DNA from: an uncultured bacterium
GTDB taxonomy: Bacteria; Desulfobacterota_D; UBA1144
Length of the DNA stretch: 64,000 bases
Direction of reading: 5' to 3'
NCBI GenBank assembly: GCA_913050245.1
Contig: CAJWZJ010000002.1
Span: forward strand, 27,011-91,010
Below are positions 28,600-38,597 of this stretch, one piece after another (position 1 is the stretch's first letter; the number at the start of each line of letters is the position of its first letter). The notes beneath the pieces are model-generated. The model searched no databases and was not told the DNA's origin. It saw only the letters and a program-made list of their open reading frames with translations. The position numbers were made by a program, and so were the translations under genes.

Positions 28600-29652
28600 A
28601 TGAATAAAATTAAATTTGGATTAGTTCCCCCGATGCCTGGTGCGGATTGTGAAGGCTTGATAGATTTTTCAATAAAAGCTGATAAATTAGGTTTTGATTC
28701 TCTTTGGTTCCCCGATCACCTTGCATTTATAGCACCAAGTCCTGCTTATGAAGCTTGGACAATAGCATCAGCTATTGCAAAACTTACTGATAATATTCTT
28801 ATTGGAACAACCTCTGATCCCCACAGAAATCATCCTGCAGTATTTGCTCAGAGGCTTGCCACTGTTGATCATTTATCTAAAGGAAGAGTTGCTTTAGGAT
28901 TAGGTGTTGGCGAATCAATGAACACTGATGCTTACGGTATTCCTTGGGATAACCCTTTTAAAAGAATGACAGAATCTATGGATATTATGAAATTATTATG
29001 GTCAACAAAAGATACCGTTGACTATAAGGGAGATTTTTTCCAGTTAAATAATGCATCACTTTTATTAAACTTATTTCAGGATAGAAAAAGCATTCCATTT
29101 TATTTTGCAACTCATACAGATAAAGGACTTGACCTTGTTGGAAGATTAGGGGATGGGTGGATGCCTTTAGATTTAACACCAGATTTATATAGGCATTATC
29201 TTGATAAGATTGAAAATTCTGCGAAGAATGTGGGTCGAAGTCTTGATGATATAGATTCAACAGTTTGGATTTTTACATCACTTGGTGAAAATCAAGACGA
29301 AGCTTATAAATCTCTAGAGCCTTATAGATATGTTTGTATAATGCAAGAACAGTTAAAAAAAGCAGGATATGATATTGATATTCCAGAGGAATATCAAGGC
29401 TTAAACTATTTTAATATCACTCCTACAGATGAAGTTAAAAAGCAAAAGTTTCGAGATCTTGGAAAATTCTTCCCTCGAGATGCTGTTATTGATTTTACAA
29501 TTACTGGATCAAAAAAAGAATGTATAAAAAAAATAGAAAATTATATTGAGAAAGGTGTAAAACATTTTGTTTTATTTCATTATTTTAGCCCCGATCCTGA
29601 TAAAGCCATGGATATATATGCGAAGGAAATTATTCCTTATTTTAATCCCTGA
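28600..29652 (+). CDS. Luciferase-like monooxygenase (LLM) family oxidoreductase, possibly F420-dependent
   Basis: TIM-barrel LLM pattern: GFDSLWFPDHL..., HPAVFAQRLATVDHLSKGRVALGLGVGE, GDGWMP. The flavin versus deazaflavin specificity cannot be read from the sequence by eye. Confidence 0.6.
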   Translation: MNKIKFGLVPPMPGADCEGLIDFSIKADKLGFDSLWFPDHLAFIAPSPAYEAWTIASAIAKLTDNILIGTTSDPHRNHPAVFAQRLATVDHLSKGRVALGLGVGESMNTDAYGIPWDNPFKRMTESMDIMKLLWSTKDTVDYKGDFFQLNNASLLLNLFQDRKSIPFYFATHTDKGLDLVGRLGDGWMPLDLTPDLYRHYLDKIENSAKNVGRSLDDIDSTVWIFTSLGENQDEAYKSLEPYRYVCIMQEQLKKAGYDIDIPEEYQGLNYFNITPTDEVKKQKFRDLGKFFPRDAVIDFTITGSKKECIKKIENYIEKGVKHFVLFHYFSPDPDKAMDIYAKEIIPYFNP

Positions 29653-31201
29653 TCTCTAAATCGGAAAAATCTATTATCCCCAGTTTTGAATAATTAAAGT
29701 TTTTTATCCTTTTGCTTTTTAAAAAAATTTGGTTTGACTCAAACATTGGCATTATTACACAATCATTATCTAATAATATTGTTTGAGCATAACTATAATA
29801 TTTAGCTCTTTTTTCTGGGTTATCTTCAATTGAAGCTTTTGATATTAAAGTATCGTACTCATTGTTACACCACCCTGTTTCATTATTTCCACTTTTACAG
29901 GTAAATAGATTCATGAAGTTGTGCGGATCCGGATAATCGGCAGACCATCCTGCTCTATACATATTAGGTCTATCACTATCAAGTGCCGCAAGATAAACTT
30001 TCCATTCTAAACCTTGAATTTCTACATCAATGTTGATATTTTCTTTCCACATGCTTTGTAAGGTCTCTGCTATAAGTCTGTTATGACTAGATTCGGGGAA
30101 TAAAAATGTTATTTTTTTATTTTTGTAAGTTTTATAGAATCCTTTTTTTTCAAGAATTTCCTTTGCCTTTTTTGGATTAAATTTATTTATAAATGATCTA
30201 TTACCCAACATACCTTCTGGTATCCAAGAATCTGTAGCTTTTACAGTTTGCTGTAGAATGAGTTCAAATACTTCTTTTTCAATAGAGTATAAAAATGCTT
30301 TTCTTATTTCAGAATCATTGAATGGCCATGATGTGACATCAAAGCCTATATAATTATTTCTAAATTGATTTGATGTTCTTATTAAACCTTTAGATTTCAA
30401 ATAAGGAATTTCCAAAAGAGGTATCCCTCCACCATCAAGAATATCAATCTGATTATTCTCAAACATTGCTAAAGATGAAGTTGAATTTTCGTTGATTATT
30501 ATCTTTATTTTTTTGCCTTTTTTATTTTCGAAAGTCATAAAGCTGTTATTTTTTTTATCTTTTAATTTAAACTCACCTAGAGTTACAATATTTTCTTTTC
30601 TAGTCCAAGATTCTCCATATTTTTTAATTAAATCTTTCCTTATTGGAAAAGTAGACATGAAACTCATAAGGCTAGGAAAATAACTTTTCTTTTTTTCAAG
30701 AACAATTTTAATTGTATATTTATCTAATATTATAATCCCAACATCAGAAAATTGTTTTAATGAACCAGAGTTATACTTTTTTGCGTTTTTTATATCAAAA
30801 AGAAAATATGCATAATCAGCTGCAGTAGATGGGGTTAATAACCTTTCCCAAGAGTCTTTAAAGTGTTGAGCCTGTAATCCTACTCCATCAGACCAAAAAA
30901 TATTTTTTTTTATTTTAAAGATAATTTCGCTTGTATCTTCTATAAAATACCATTCTTCCGCTAAATTATTTTTTAATCTTAATTCACTATCAAGCTTTGT
31001 TAATCCTCCCATAATATTATTAATTATCAAAAAAGAGGAACTGTCAGTTGCAAGATTCCAATCTAAAGTTCCTGGCTCATTTGACATGTTGATAATAATT
31101 TCATTATTTCCAAAAGAATAAGCATTGAGATTTAAAAGGATTATTAAGGATAGAAAAAATGTTTTGATAATGTTAAGAATTTTCTTCTTCATCTGCTTCA
31201 A
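29642..31201 (-). CDS. ABC transporter substrate-binding protein, family 5 (peptide/nickel type)
   Basis: Signal peptide, a length of 519 aa, the late motif GWSADYPDPHNF and general OppA/DppA-like layout. There are no adjacent permease or ATPase genes. Confidence 0.75.
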   Translation of the reverse strand: MKQMKKKILNIIKTFFLSLIILLNLNAYSFGNNEIIINMSNEPGTLDWNLATDSSSFLIINNIMGGLTKLDSELRLKNNLAEEWYFIEDTSEIIFKIKKNIFWSDGVGLQAQHFKDSWERLLTPSTAADYAYFLFDIKNAKKYNSGSLKQFSDVGIIILDKYTIKIVLEKKKSYFPSLMSFMSTFPIRKDLIKKYGESWTRKENIVTLGEFKLKDKKNNSFMTFENKKGKKIKIIINENSTSSLAMFENNQIDILDGGGIPLLEIPYLKSKGLIRTSNQFRNNYIGFDVTSWPFNDSEIRKAFLYSIEKEVFELILQQTVKATDSWIPEGMLGNRSFINKFNPKKAKEILEKKGFYKTYKNKKITFLFPESSHNRLIAETLQSMWKENINIDVEIQGLEWKVYLAALDSDRPNMYRAGWSADYPDPHNFMNLFTCKSGNNETGWCNNEYDTLISKASIEDNPEKRAKYYSYAQTILLDNDCVIMPMFESNQIFLKSKRIKNFNYSKLGIIDFSDLEIRD

Positions 31202-31679
31202 CAGTTACTAAGTGAGCTCCCAAGTCCACGGTATCACCATCTTTAACACTAACTTCAGTAATTTTACCATCAATAGCAGTTTTTAATTCACTTTCCATTT
31301 TCATTGCTTCAACAATTATAAGACCGTCGCCTTCAGATACTTGATCACCAATTTTTTTAAGAACTTTTACTACTCTACCCGGCATAGGCGCAGAAATCTT
31401 ATCTACTCCTGAAGCATTATCTAGCGAGCTCTTATCCCTAGCTGATGGAATTTCGAATGAAAAAAGATCTCCTTTATAAAAAACCTCGATTAATTTACCT
31501 TCTTTTTTAAGAGCAATGGTACAAGTCTGACCATCTAAAATCATTGAATAAAGATTGGAGTCAATTTGAACTAACTCCGCATTGAAAGACTTGTCATCAT
31601 TTTCAACTGTAAAAATACCCTTATTTTCAATGAGGTTAAAATTTAATAAATCTTTTCCAATTTTTAAGCTATATTTCAT
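31173..31679 (-). CDS. Biotin carboxyl carrier protein (stand-alone biotinyl domain subunit)
   Basis: C-terminal biotinylation motif IIVEAMKMESEL and a preceding PMPGRVVKV segment. Confidence 0.85.
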   Translation of the reverse strand: MKYSLKIGKDLLNFNLIENKGIFTVENDDKSFNAELVQIDSNLYSMILDGQTCTIALKKEGKLIEVFYKGDLFSFEIPSARDKSSLDNASGVDKISAPMPGRVVKVLKKIGDQVSEGDGLIIVEAMKMESELKTAIDGKITEVSVKDGDTVDLGAHLVTVEADEEENS

Positions 31680-31688
31680 TTTTCAACC

Positions 31689-33185
31689 TTAAAACATAGA
31701 ATTCCTTGATACGCTTGATCTTCTAGCAATGTACTTCCAAGGAGTAAATCTAGGATCCCTTTCAATATTTTTTGTATCAGAAGCCGTATGCAATGATATA
31801 ATTCCAGCTATAGATGATATTAGCAAATTTTCTTTTGGGGTTTTTAATAATTTTTTATGTTTATCTATAAAGCCAGTGTCCAGTTTACCTGATATGAAAT
31901 CTTTTTCTCTCATCAGCCTATTTAAAAAACCTAAGTTGGTTTTTAAACCTAAAACTATATATTCATCTAAAGCCCTTGCCATTCTATTTATGGCATCATT
32001 TCTATCTTTACCCCAAACTATTAACTTAGAAAGCATTGGATCATAAAAAGTTGTAACCTTGTAGCCATTAAAAAGCGAAGAATCATCTCTAACTCCTGGT
32101 CCTTGGGGAGATTTTGTATAATATGCAGTTCCAGGGGTTGGTATAAAATTATTTTCAGGGTCCTCAGCACAAATTCTACATTCAATTGCATGTCCATTAA
32201 TAGAGACATCTTTTTGTTTAAAACTAAGAGGCTCACCAGCTGAAACTTTAATCATTTCTTTTACTATATCGATCCCAGTAATCATCTCAGTTATTGGATG
32301 CTCAACCTGTACTCTTGTATTCATTTCAAGAAAATAGAAATTTTCTTTTTGATCCATGATAAATTCCACAGTACCTGCACCCACATACGAAACTTTTTTT
32401 GCTAACTTTACTGCAATTTCACCCATTGTTTCTCTAGTTTTTTTGCTAACTCCTGGCGAAGGTGCTTCTTCTACAACTTTTTGATGCCTTCTCTGAATGG
32501 AGCATTCTCTCTCAAATAGATGAACAACATTTCCTTTTTTATCACCTAGTACTTGGATTTCTATATGCCTTGGCTCTTGAATAAATCTTTCAATAAATAC
32601 AGCATCATTATTAAATGCAGATTTAGCCTCACTTTTTGCCATTTTTAATGAATTCTCAAAATCTGACATTTGATGAACCAACCTCATGCCTTTACCACCA
32701 CCACCAGCAGAAGCTTTTATCATTAATGGAAAACCAATTTCTTCGGCTACTGATACCGCTTCTTCATCATTTACTTCACCCTCAGTTCCAGGGACAAGAG
32801 GAACTTTCGCAGATTTTGCTATTTCTCTTGAAGTTATTTTATCTCCCATAAGCCTTATAGCCTCAGCACTCGGTCCGATAAAATCTATCTTATTTTTAAT
32901 ACAATTTTCTGCAAATTCCGCATTTTCAGAAAGAAAACCATAGCCGGGATGAATTCCATCACACTTTGCTTTTTTTGCAACTTTAATAATATTCTCACCA
33001 ATCAAGTAGCTTTCACTAGGCAGCGGGCCACCAATATTATATGCTTCATCTGCCATGTTTACGTGTAATGATCCTTTATCTGCATCTGAATAAACCGCAA
33101 CAGTCTTAACGCCTAGTTCTTTACAAGCTCTGATAACTCTAATTGCAATTTCTCCTCTATTAGCTACAAGAATTTTTTTATACAT
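31689..33185 (-). CDS. Biotin carboxylase subunit
   Basis: MYKKILVANRGEIAIRVIRA start (ATG 33185, AAGAGG upstream) and ATP-grasp motifs GGGGKGMR and EMNTRVQVEHPITE. The track's longer start would overlap pccB. Confidence 0.9.
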   Translation of the reverse strand: MYKKILVANRGEIAIRVIRACKELGVKTVAVYSDADKGSLHVNMADEAYNIGGPLPSESYLIGENIIKVAKKAKCDGIHPGYGFLSENAEFAENCIKNKIDFIGPSAEAIRLMGDKITSREIAKSAKVPLVPGTEGEVNDEEAVSVAEEIGFPLMIKASAGGGGKGMRLVHQMSDFENSLKMAKSEAKSAFNNDAVFIERFIQEPRHIEIQVLGDKKGNVVHLFERECSIQRRHQKVVEEAPSPGVSKKTRETMGEIAVKLAKKVSYVGAGTVEFIMDQKENFYFLEMNTRVQVEHPITEMITGIDIVKEMIKVSAGEPLSFKQKDVSINGHAIECRICAEDPENNFIPTPGTAYYTKSPQGPGVRDDSSLFNGYKVTTFYDPMLSKLIVWGKDRNDAINRMARALDEYIVLGLKTNLGFLNRLMREKDFISGKLDTGFIDKHKKLLKTPKENLLISSIAGIISLHTASDTKNIERDPRFTPWKYIARRSSVSRNSMF

Positions 33186-33195
33186 AAATACCTCT

Positions 33196-34758
33196 TTATA
33201 AAGGGATGAGCCCATGTTTTTTTGGTGGATTATTTTGTCTTTTACCTTCTAGCATTTCAAAAGAGTTTGCAACTCTTAGTCTAGTATCCTCAGGCTTAAT
33301 AACCTCATCAATATATCCTAAATTCGCAGCTCTATATGGATTAGCAAAAAGCTCCTTGTATTCTTCAACAAGCCTTGCTTTTTCTGCAACCGGGTCATCA
33401 GCATTTTGTATTTCCCTTTTATTTACAATATTAACAGCACCATCAGGTCCCATTACAGCAATTTCAGCAGTTGGAAAAGCTAAGTTGATATCACCTCTTA
33501 AATGCTTAGAAGACATAACATCATAAGCTCCACCATATGCTTTTCTTGTAATAACCGTGACACGTGGGACAGTTGCTTCACAGTAAGCATAAAGAAGTTT
33601 AGCTCCATGGAGAATTATTCCATTTAGTTCCTGATCAACTCCTGGGAGAAAGCCAGGAACATCTACTAGTGTAAGTAAAGGTATATTAAAGCAGTCGCAA
33701 AATCTAACAAATCTTGCCCCCTTGATAGATGATTTTATATCTAGAACACCAGCAAGAACGTTTGGTTGATTACCAACAACTCCAACAGTTTTTCCATTAA
33801 TTCTAGCAAATCCTACTACAATATTTTGTGCATAATTTTCTGCAACTTCAAAAAAATATTCATTATCAACAATCGAGGATATTACCTCTTTCATATCGTA
33901 AGGTTTATTAGGATTTGTTGGAACAATATCACCTAATTTGTCAGTTTTTCTATCTATAGGATCGTCACATGGAATTGATGGAGGATCTTCCATATTATTT
34001 AATGGTAAAAATGTAAAGAGTTCTCTTAAAAGTCCCAAACAATCTTCATCATTTTCTGCAGCAAATTGTGCTACTCCACTTTCAGAAGTATGAATTACAG
34101 CACCACCCAGCTCTTCAGATGTAACTTCTTCATTTGTAACAGTCTTAACAACATCTGGACCCGTAATAAACATATAGCTAGTATTTTTTACCATAGCAAT
34201 AAAATCCGTCATAGCTGGTGAGTAAACTGCACCACCCGCGCTAGGACCCATAATTGCTGAAATTTGGGGAATCACTCCGGAAGATTGAACATTTCTTAGA
34301 AAAATTTCAGCATAACCTGCAAGCCCTCTTACACCTTCTTGTATCCTTGCTCCACCAGAATCACTTAAACCAATAACAGGACAACCGACTTGCATTGCCA
34401 TGTCCATTATTTTTGTTATCTTTCTGGCATGAGCTAATCCTAAAGCTCCACCAAAAACAGTGAAATCTTGTGCATATACAAAGACCTGCCTGCCATCAAT
34501 TTTTCCATATCCTGTAATGACACCGTCACCAAGAAATTTTGTCTTGTCCATACCAAAGTTATAATTTTGATGTTCGACAAATTTATCAAGTTCCACGAAA
34601 CTCGAATTATCTAAAAGAAGATTAATTCTTTCTCTAGCAGTCAACTTTCCTTGCTTGTGTTGTTTTTCAACTCTTGCCTCTCCACCCGCTTCTTCGGCCT
34701 TAGCTAATTTCTCTTCTAGAAATTTAATTTTCTCTTGCATTGTAATTTCTTCACTCAT
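33196..34758 (-). CDS. pccB: Propionyl-CoA carboxylase beta chain / methylmalonyl-CoA carboxyltransferase
   Basis: 520 aa with [19 protein letters not shown] and the typical ending. It is co-linear with the PccB/12S family. Confidence 0.88.
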   Translation of the reverse strand: MSEEITMQEKIKFLEEKLAKAEEAGGEARVEKQHKQGKLTARERINLLLDNSSFVELDKFVEHQNYNFGMDKTKFLGDGVITGYGKIDGRQVFVYAQDFTVFGGALGLAHARKITKIMDMAMQVGCPVIGLSDSGGARIQEGVRGLAGYAEIFLRNVQSSGVIPQISAIMGPSAGGAVYSPAMTDFIAMVKNTSYMFITGPDVVKTVTNEEVTSEELGGAVIHTSESGVAQFAAENDEDCLGLLRELFTFLPLNNMEDPPSIPCDDPIDRKTDKLGDIVPTNPNKPYDMKEVISSIVDNEYFFEVAENYAQNIVVGFARINGKTVGVVGNQPNVLAGVLDIKSSIKGARFVRFCDCFNIPLLTLVDVPGFLPGVDQELNGIILHGAKLLYAYCEATVPRVTVITRKAYGGAYDVMSSKHLRGDINLAFPTAEIAVMGPDGAVNIVNKREIQNADDPVAEKARLVEEYKELFANPYRAANLGYIDEVIKPEDTRLRVANSFEMLEGKRQNNPPKKHGLIPL

Positions 34759-34831
34759 AAGAAACCTCTATTTTGATAAATAATCCAGTATTAATAAAAA
34801 TATTTTAAAAAAACGATTATAAAAATATAAT

Positions 34832-35443
34832 CTAAAGAGATATTTTTTCTAGTATTGAATTTAATTTATCTTCAAATGCTCTAATTTTAGTATTATTATG
34901 GACTATATAATCATATGATTTTACTTGATGCTCTATTGATTTTTGGATTCTAAGAATGTTAAATATTTCCTTTTCAGCTATATTATCTCTTCTTTTAACA
35001 CGATTGATAATATTATTTTTACTCGATTTAATGTAAATAATCTGATCTAGGAAAATCCCTATTTTAGTTTCTTTTGTAATTAGAGCACCTTCAAAAAAAA
35101 TAATATAGTCATTTTTTGATTCATGTAGTTTTACGTAATATTTAACTTTGTTGAATATTTCTGGGTGAACAATTGAATTTAGCTTTTTCCTTTTAATTTC
35201 ATCATTAAATATTATTTTCTTTATTTTATTTCTATTTAAATTTTTGTTTTTATATAAAATTTCGGGCCCAAAATATTTCACAATTTTTTTATAACAACTT
35301 TGACCAGGGTTCATAATCTCTCTGGATATTTTATCTAAATCATATGCAGGGTACTTATTTTTTTTAAAAAATTTGATAGCTAAACTTTTGCCAGAACCTA
35401 TTTTTCCAGATATACCGATTTTTTTAATTCTGGGTTTTGACAT
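34832..35443 (-). CDS. coaE: Dephospho-CoA kinase
   Basis: IGISGKIGSGKS P-loop. ATG 35443 overlaps the gltX stop (TAATG), which I prefer over the TTG at 35449. Confidence 0.82.
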   Translation of the reverse strand: MSKPRIKKIGISGKIGSGKSLAIKFFKKNKYPAYDLDKISREIMNPGQSCYKKIVKYFGPEILYKNKNLNRNKIKKIIFNDEIKRKKLNSIVHPEIFNKVKYYVKLHESKNDYIIFFEGALITKETKIGIFLDQIIYIKSSKNNIINRVKRRDNIAEKEIFNILRIQKSIEHQVKSYDYIVHNNTKIRAFEDKLNSILEKISL

Positions 35444-36801
35444 TAACAATATTCCTTAATTCTTTCGATTACAATCTTTACACCCAAAATATCTAATATT
35501 TCAAATATTCCAGGTGATTTTTTACTCCCTGTGAGAATTATTCTCAATGGAAAGGCTAATTCTTTCATTTTTAAATTATGTAAATTTAAAAATTCATTAA
35601 AAGAATCTTTTATTTGTTCAACGGTTTTTGGAGAGGCATTATTATAAAAATTAGAAAAATTTGATAAGATTTCTTTTTGATCCTTGGTTACAGAATTTAG
35701 TAAATCTTCATTGATTAAAATTTTATGTGTCTCACAAAATTTTAAACTATCTCTAATTTGATTTATGTCACCACTTTTTTCTTTTATGTATGTTAAGGCC
35801 TTTTCGACATCTACATCAGGAATTAGGCTAATATCTAGTCGTTTTATAAGCTCACTATTAGGAATATTCTTTATATGTGAACTGTTTACCCATTTAAACT
35901 TTTCAATATCGAATACAGCTGGAGATTTATTCAAATTATCGATTGTAAATAATTCTTTCAGTTCATCAAGCGCAAAGATTTCTTGGTCACCATGAGACCA
36001 ACCCAATCTGGTTAAGTAATTTATAATTGATATAGGCAGAAAGCCCTTATCTTTAAAGCTTTGGATAGATTCAGCACCATGTCTCTTACTTAATTTTGTT
36101 TTATCTTTCCCTAAAATCATAGAAACATGTGTAAACTCTGGAATGTTTTTTTTAAGAGCATTAAATATAAGAACTTGCTTAGGGGTATTGGATAAATGGT
36201 CTTCACCTCTAATTACATTAGTAATTCCCATTTCAATATCATCAATAGATGATGCAAAATTATATGTGGGGAATCCATCACTTTTTAAAATTATAAAATC
36301 ATCTATATTTGAACTATTGATAGAAATTTTTCCACGGAGTGAATCCTTAAACTCAACTTCTTCATTATCAGGAGTTTTAAACCTTACTACGTATTCTTGA
36401 TTGCTAGGCCTTTCAGTTTTATCTCTCCAGATTCTGGGATACCTATATATTTTATTTTCTAATTTTGCTTTTTCTTTTAGCAAATTTATTTCATCCTGCG
36501 AAGCATAACATCTATAAGCTTTTCCTTCAGAAATTAATAGGCTTGCAAATTTATCATAAATATCTAGTCTATCAGACTGTTTTATTGGGCCTTCATCCCA
36601 ATCTATTCCAAGCCATGATAAGTTAGAAATAATTTCATTAAATGAATCATTTGTAGATCTTTCTTTATCAGTATCTTCAATTCTTAATATTAATTTACCT
36701 TTATTTTTTTTTGAAAAAAGATAGTTAAATATAGCAGTTCTAACAACACCAAGATGCAATGAACCTGTCGGGCTTGGGGCAAATCTTACTCTAATACTCA
36801 T
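35443..36801 (-). CDS. gltX: Glutamyl-tRNA synthetase
   Basis: RFAPSPTGSLHLG (HIGH-type) and KLSKR (KMSKS-type) motifs. Confidence 0.92.
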   Translation of the reverse strand: MSIRVRFAPSPTGSLHLGVVRTAIFNYLFSKKNKGKLILRIEDTDKERSTNDSFNEIISNLSWLGIDWDEGPIKQSDRLDIYDKFASLLISEGKAYRCYASQDEINLLKEKAKLENKIYRYPRIWRDKTERPSNQEYVVRFKTPDNEEVEFKDSLRGKISINSSNIDDFIILKSDGFPTYNFASSIDDIEMGITNVIRGEDHLSNTPKQVLIFNALKKNIPEFTHVSMILGKDKTKLSKRHGAESIQSFKDKGFLPISIINYLTRLGWSHGDQEIFALDELKELFTIDNLNKSPAVFDIEKFKWVNSSHIKNIPNSELIKRLDISLIPDVDVEKALTYIKEKSGDINQIRDSLKFCETHKILINEDLLNSVTKDQKEILSNFSNFYNNASPKTVEQIKDSFNEFLNLHNLKMKELAFPLRIILTGSKKSPGIFEILDILGVKIVIERIKEYC

Positions 36802-36827
36802 TTGAAAGTATATTATACTTTAATCTT

Positions 36828-37373
36828 CTAATAATTTGATTTAATTACAGCTATTTTTTTTAAAATGCACGATATATAAAAGAGTGTTAAAAAACAGGAT
36901 AATATAACTTCTATATCATATAAATATATTTTAGAACCTAAATTATAATGAGAAAATATTAATATCCAGCTAATAACAGTACACAGCAATAAAATGTTCA
37001 AAAATTTACTTTTGATATTATTTTTAGCCAAACTTAAGTACAAAGATGAAAAAATTACTATTATACTTATTAAAGAAATTGTTCTGCTAGAGATATCAAA
37101 ATCTAAATTATTTATAAAAATATAATCTAAGTATGAAAAAGGTAGTATGTAATCATGATTTGAAAGGAGGTATTTTGAATGAAGATATGTAATAGGACAA
37201 AAACCGATACCACCAAATATTCCTACAATCGACCATGAAAACAATGTTATAAGTATTAGATACAAGCTAAATTTCTTTACAGGTTTATAGGTCCACCCAA
37301 GACAGTTGATTAAAATAACTGCAATATGAAGAATATTAAAAATTAAATCAATTTTATCAAAGTATAAAAGCAT
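36828..37373 (-). CDS. Polytopic membrane protein (DUF2784-like N-terminal half)
   Basis: 181 aa with multiple TM segments. The GFCPITYLH motif resembles the DUF2784 CPLT motif. This is a weak assignment. Confidence 0.35.
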   Translation of the reverse strand: MLLYFDKIDLIFNILHIAVILINCLGWTYKPVKKFSLYLILITLFSWSIVGIFGGIGFCPITYLHSKYLLSNHDYILPFSYLDYIFINNLDFDISSRTISLISIIVIFSSLYLSLAKNNIKSKFLNILLLCTVISWILIFSHYNLGSKIYLYDIEVILSCFLTLFYISCILKKIAVIKSNY

Positions 37374-37404
37374 GGTCTTGATATATAATATATATAAAAT
37401 TGCT

Positions 37405-37812
37405 ATGAGTATATTAGGAATTGATTTTGGTTTAAAAAGAATAGGTTTGGCAATTACTGATGAACTTAATCTGACAACTAATCCTCTCGTTCAAATTAGT
37501 TATAAGAAGAACGATGATCATATTAATGAAATTATAAAAATTATAAATGAAAGAGCTATTAAGCTAATATTAGTTGGAGTTCCATATAAGGATGATGGAC
37601 GACTAGCAATTCAAGATAATATAGAGGATTTTGCGTCCAAACTAATTAAGAGAACTTCTATAAAAGTTACTTTTTGGAATGAAAATTTTACCTCTAAGGA
37701 AGCTGAAGAATTATTAATATCAAAAAATTTTTCACGTAAAAAAAGAAAAGATTTAAAAGATATGCTTTCAGCTTGTAATATTATAGATAGTTATTTGAGG
37801 AGTTTAAAATAA
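37405..37812 (+). CDS. ruvX: Holliday-junction-resolvase-like / pre-16S rRNA nuclease YqgF
   Basis: MSILGIDFGLKRIGLAITD N-terminus. I chose the internal ATG 37405 over the track start 37372. Confidence 0.8.
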   Translation: MSILGIDFGLKRIGLAITDELNLTTNPLVQISYKKNDDHINEIIKIINERAIKLILVGVPYKDDGRLAIQDNIEDFASKLIKRTSIKVTFWNENFTSKEAEELLISKNFSRKKRKDLKDMLSACNIIDSYLRSLK

Positions 37813-37883
37813 ATTATATAGAAACATCTCAGGGAAAAATCCACTTCAAGCTTTATAAAAAAAATAAAGCTAAATTCGTTACA

Positions 37884-38597
37884 TTGATTGGTGGCCTGGG
37901 AAGCAATATTTCAAGCTGGGATAAGCAAGTTGAATACTATAAAAAATATTTTTCTATATTGGTATTTGATAATCTCGGTTCAGGCAAGAGTGATGAGCCA
38001 AGAAGTAAAAATTCTATGGAATTATTTGCAAGTAATACTTATGAGATTATTAAAAAACTCGAAATAAAAAAAACTCATATCATTGGAAAGTCTATGGGTG
38101 GAATGATTGCACAAGTATTTGCGTCAAAATATCATAGAGCTGTAGATAAAATGGTTTTAGCCTGTACCTCAGCATCTAGAGATAATATAGGTAAAGAAAT
38201 AATAAAAATTGCTAGAAAGACCGCAAAGAATGTGGGTTTAAAAGAACTCTGGTTTAACGCTTTATTACTTGGTTATAGCAGGAAGTATGTCGTCAAAAAT
38301 TTTAATTACTATAAAAAAACCAAAGTAGAAAATTCTGATAAAGAAGTTAATGGTTATCTAAAGCAATGTGATGCAATTGATAAATTAGATAATAAAAAAT
38401 ATTTAAAAAATATAAAATGTAAAACATTAATTATCTATGGCAAGAATGATTTAATTGTTGACCCTGCTAAATCTGTTGAAATAGCTAAAAATGTTTTAGA
38501 TTCTCAAGTAATAAGTTTTCCAGGTGGCCATGGTTTTTGGAAAGAGCACGTAAAATTAGTAGATGAAGAGGTTGTTAATTTCTTAATTAATGGATGA
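37884..38597 (+). CDS. Alpha/beta-fold hydrolase (the start is probably mis-set; see findings)
   Basis: Nucleophile elbow IIGKSMGGMIA and a C-terminal GGHGFW(K)EH. The in-frame upstream sequence encodes the missing first strands. Confidence 0.7.
   Translation: MIGGLGSNISSWDKQVEYYKKYFSILVFDNLGSGKSDEPRSKNSMELFASNTYEIIKKLEIKKTHIIGKSMGGMIAQVFASKYHRAVDKMVLACTSASRDNIGKEIIKIARKTAKNVGLKELWFNALLLGYSRKYVVKNFNYYKKTKVENSDKEVNGYLKQCDAIDKLDNKKYLKNIKCKTLIIYGKNDLIVDPAKSVEIAKNVLDSQVISFPGGHGFWKEHVKLVDEEVVNFLING

Noticed and set aside
33186-33215. Longer start for biotin carboxylase ([10 protein letters not shown]...)
   Set aside because: It would overlap the pccB 3' end. The canonical MYKKILVANRGEIA start at 33185 has its own AAGAGG.
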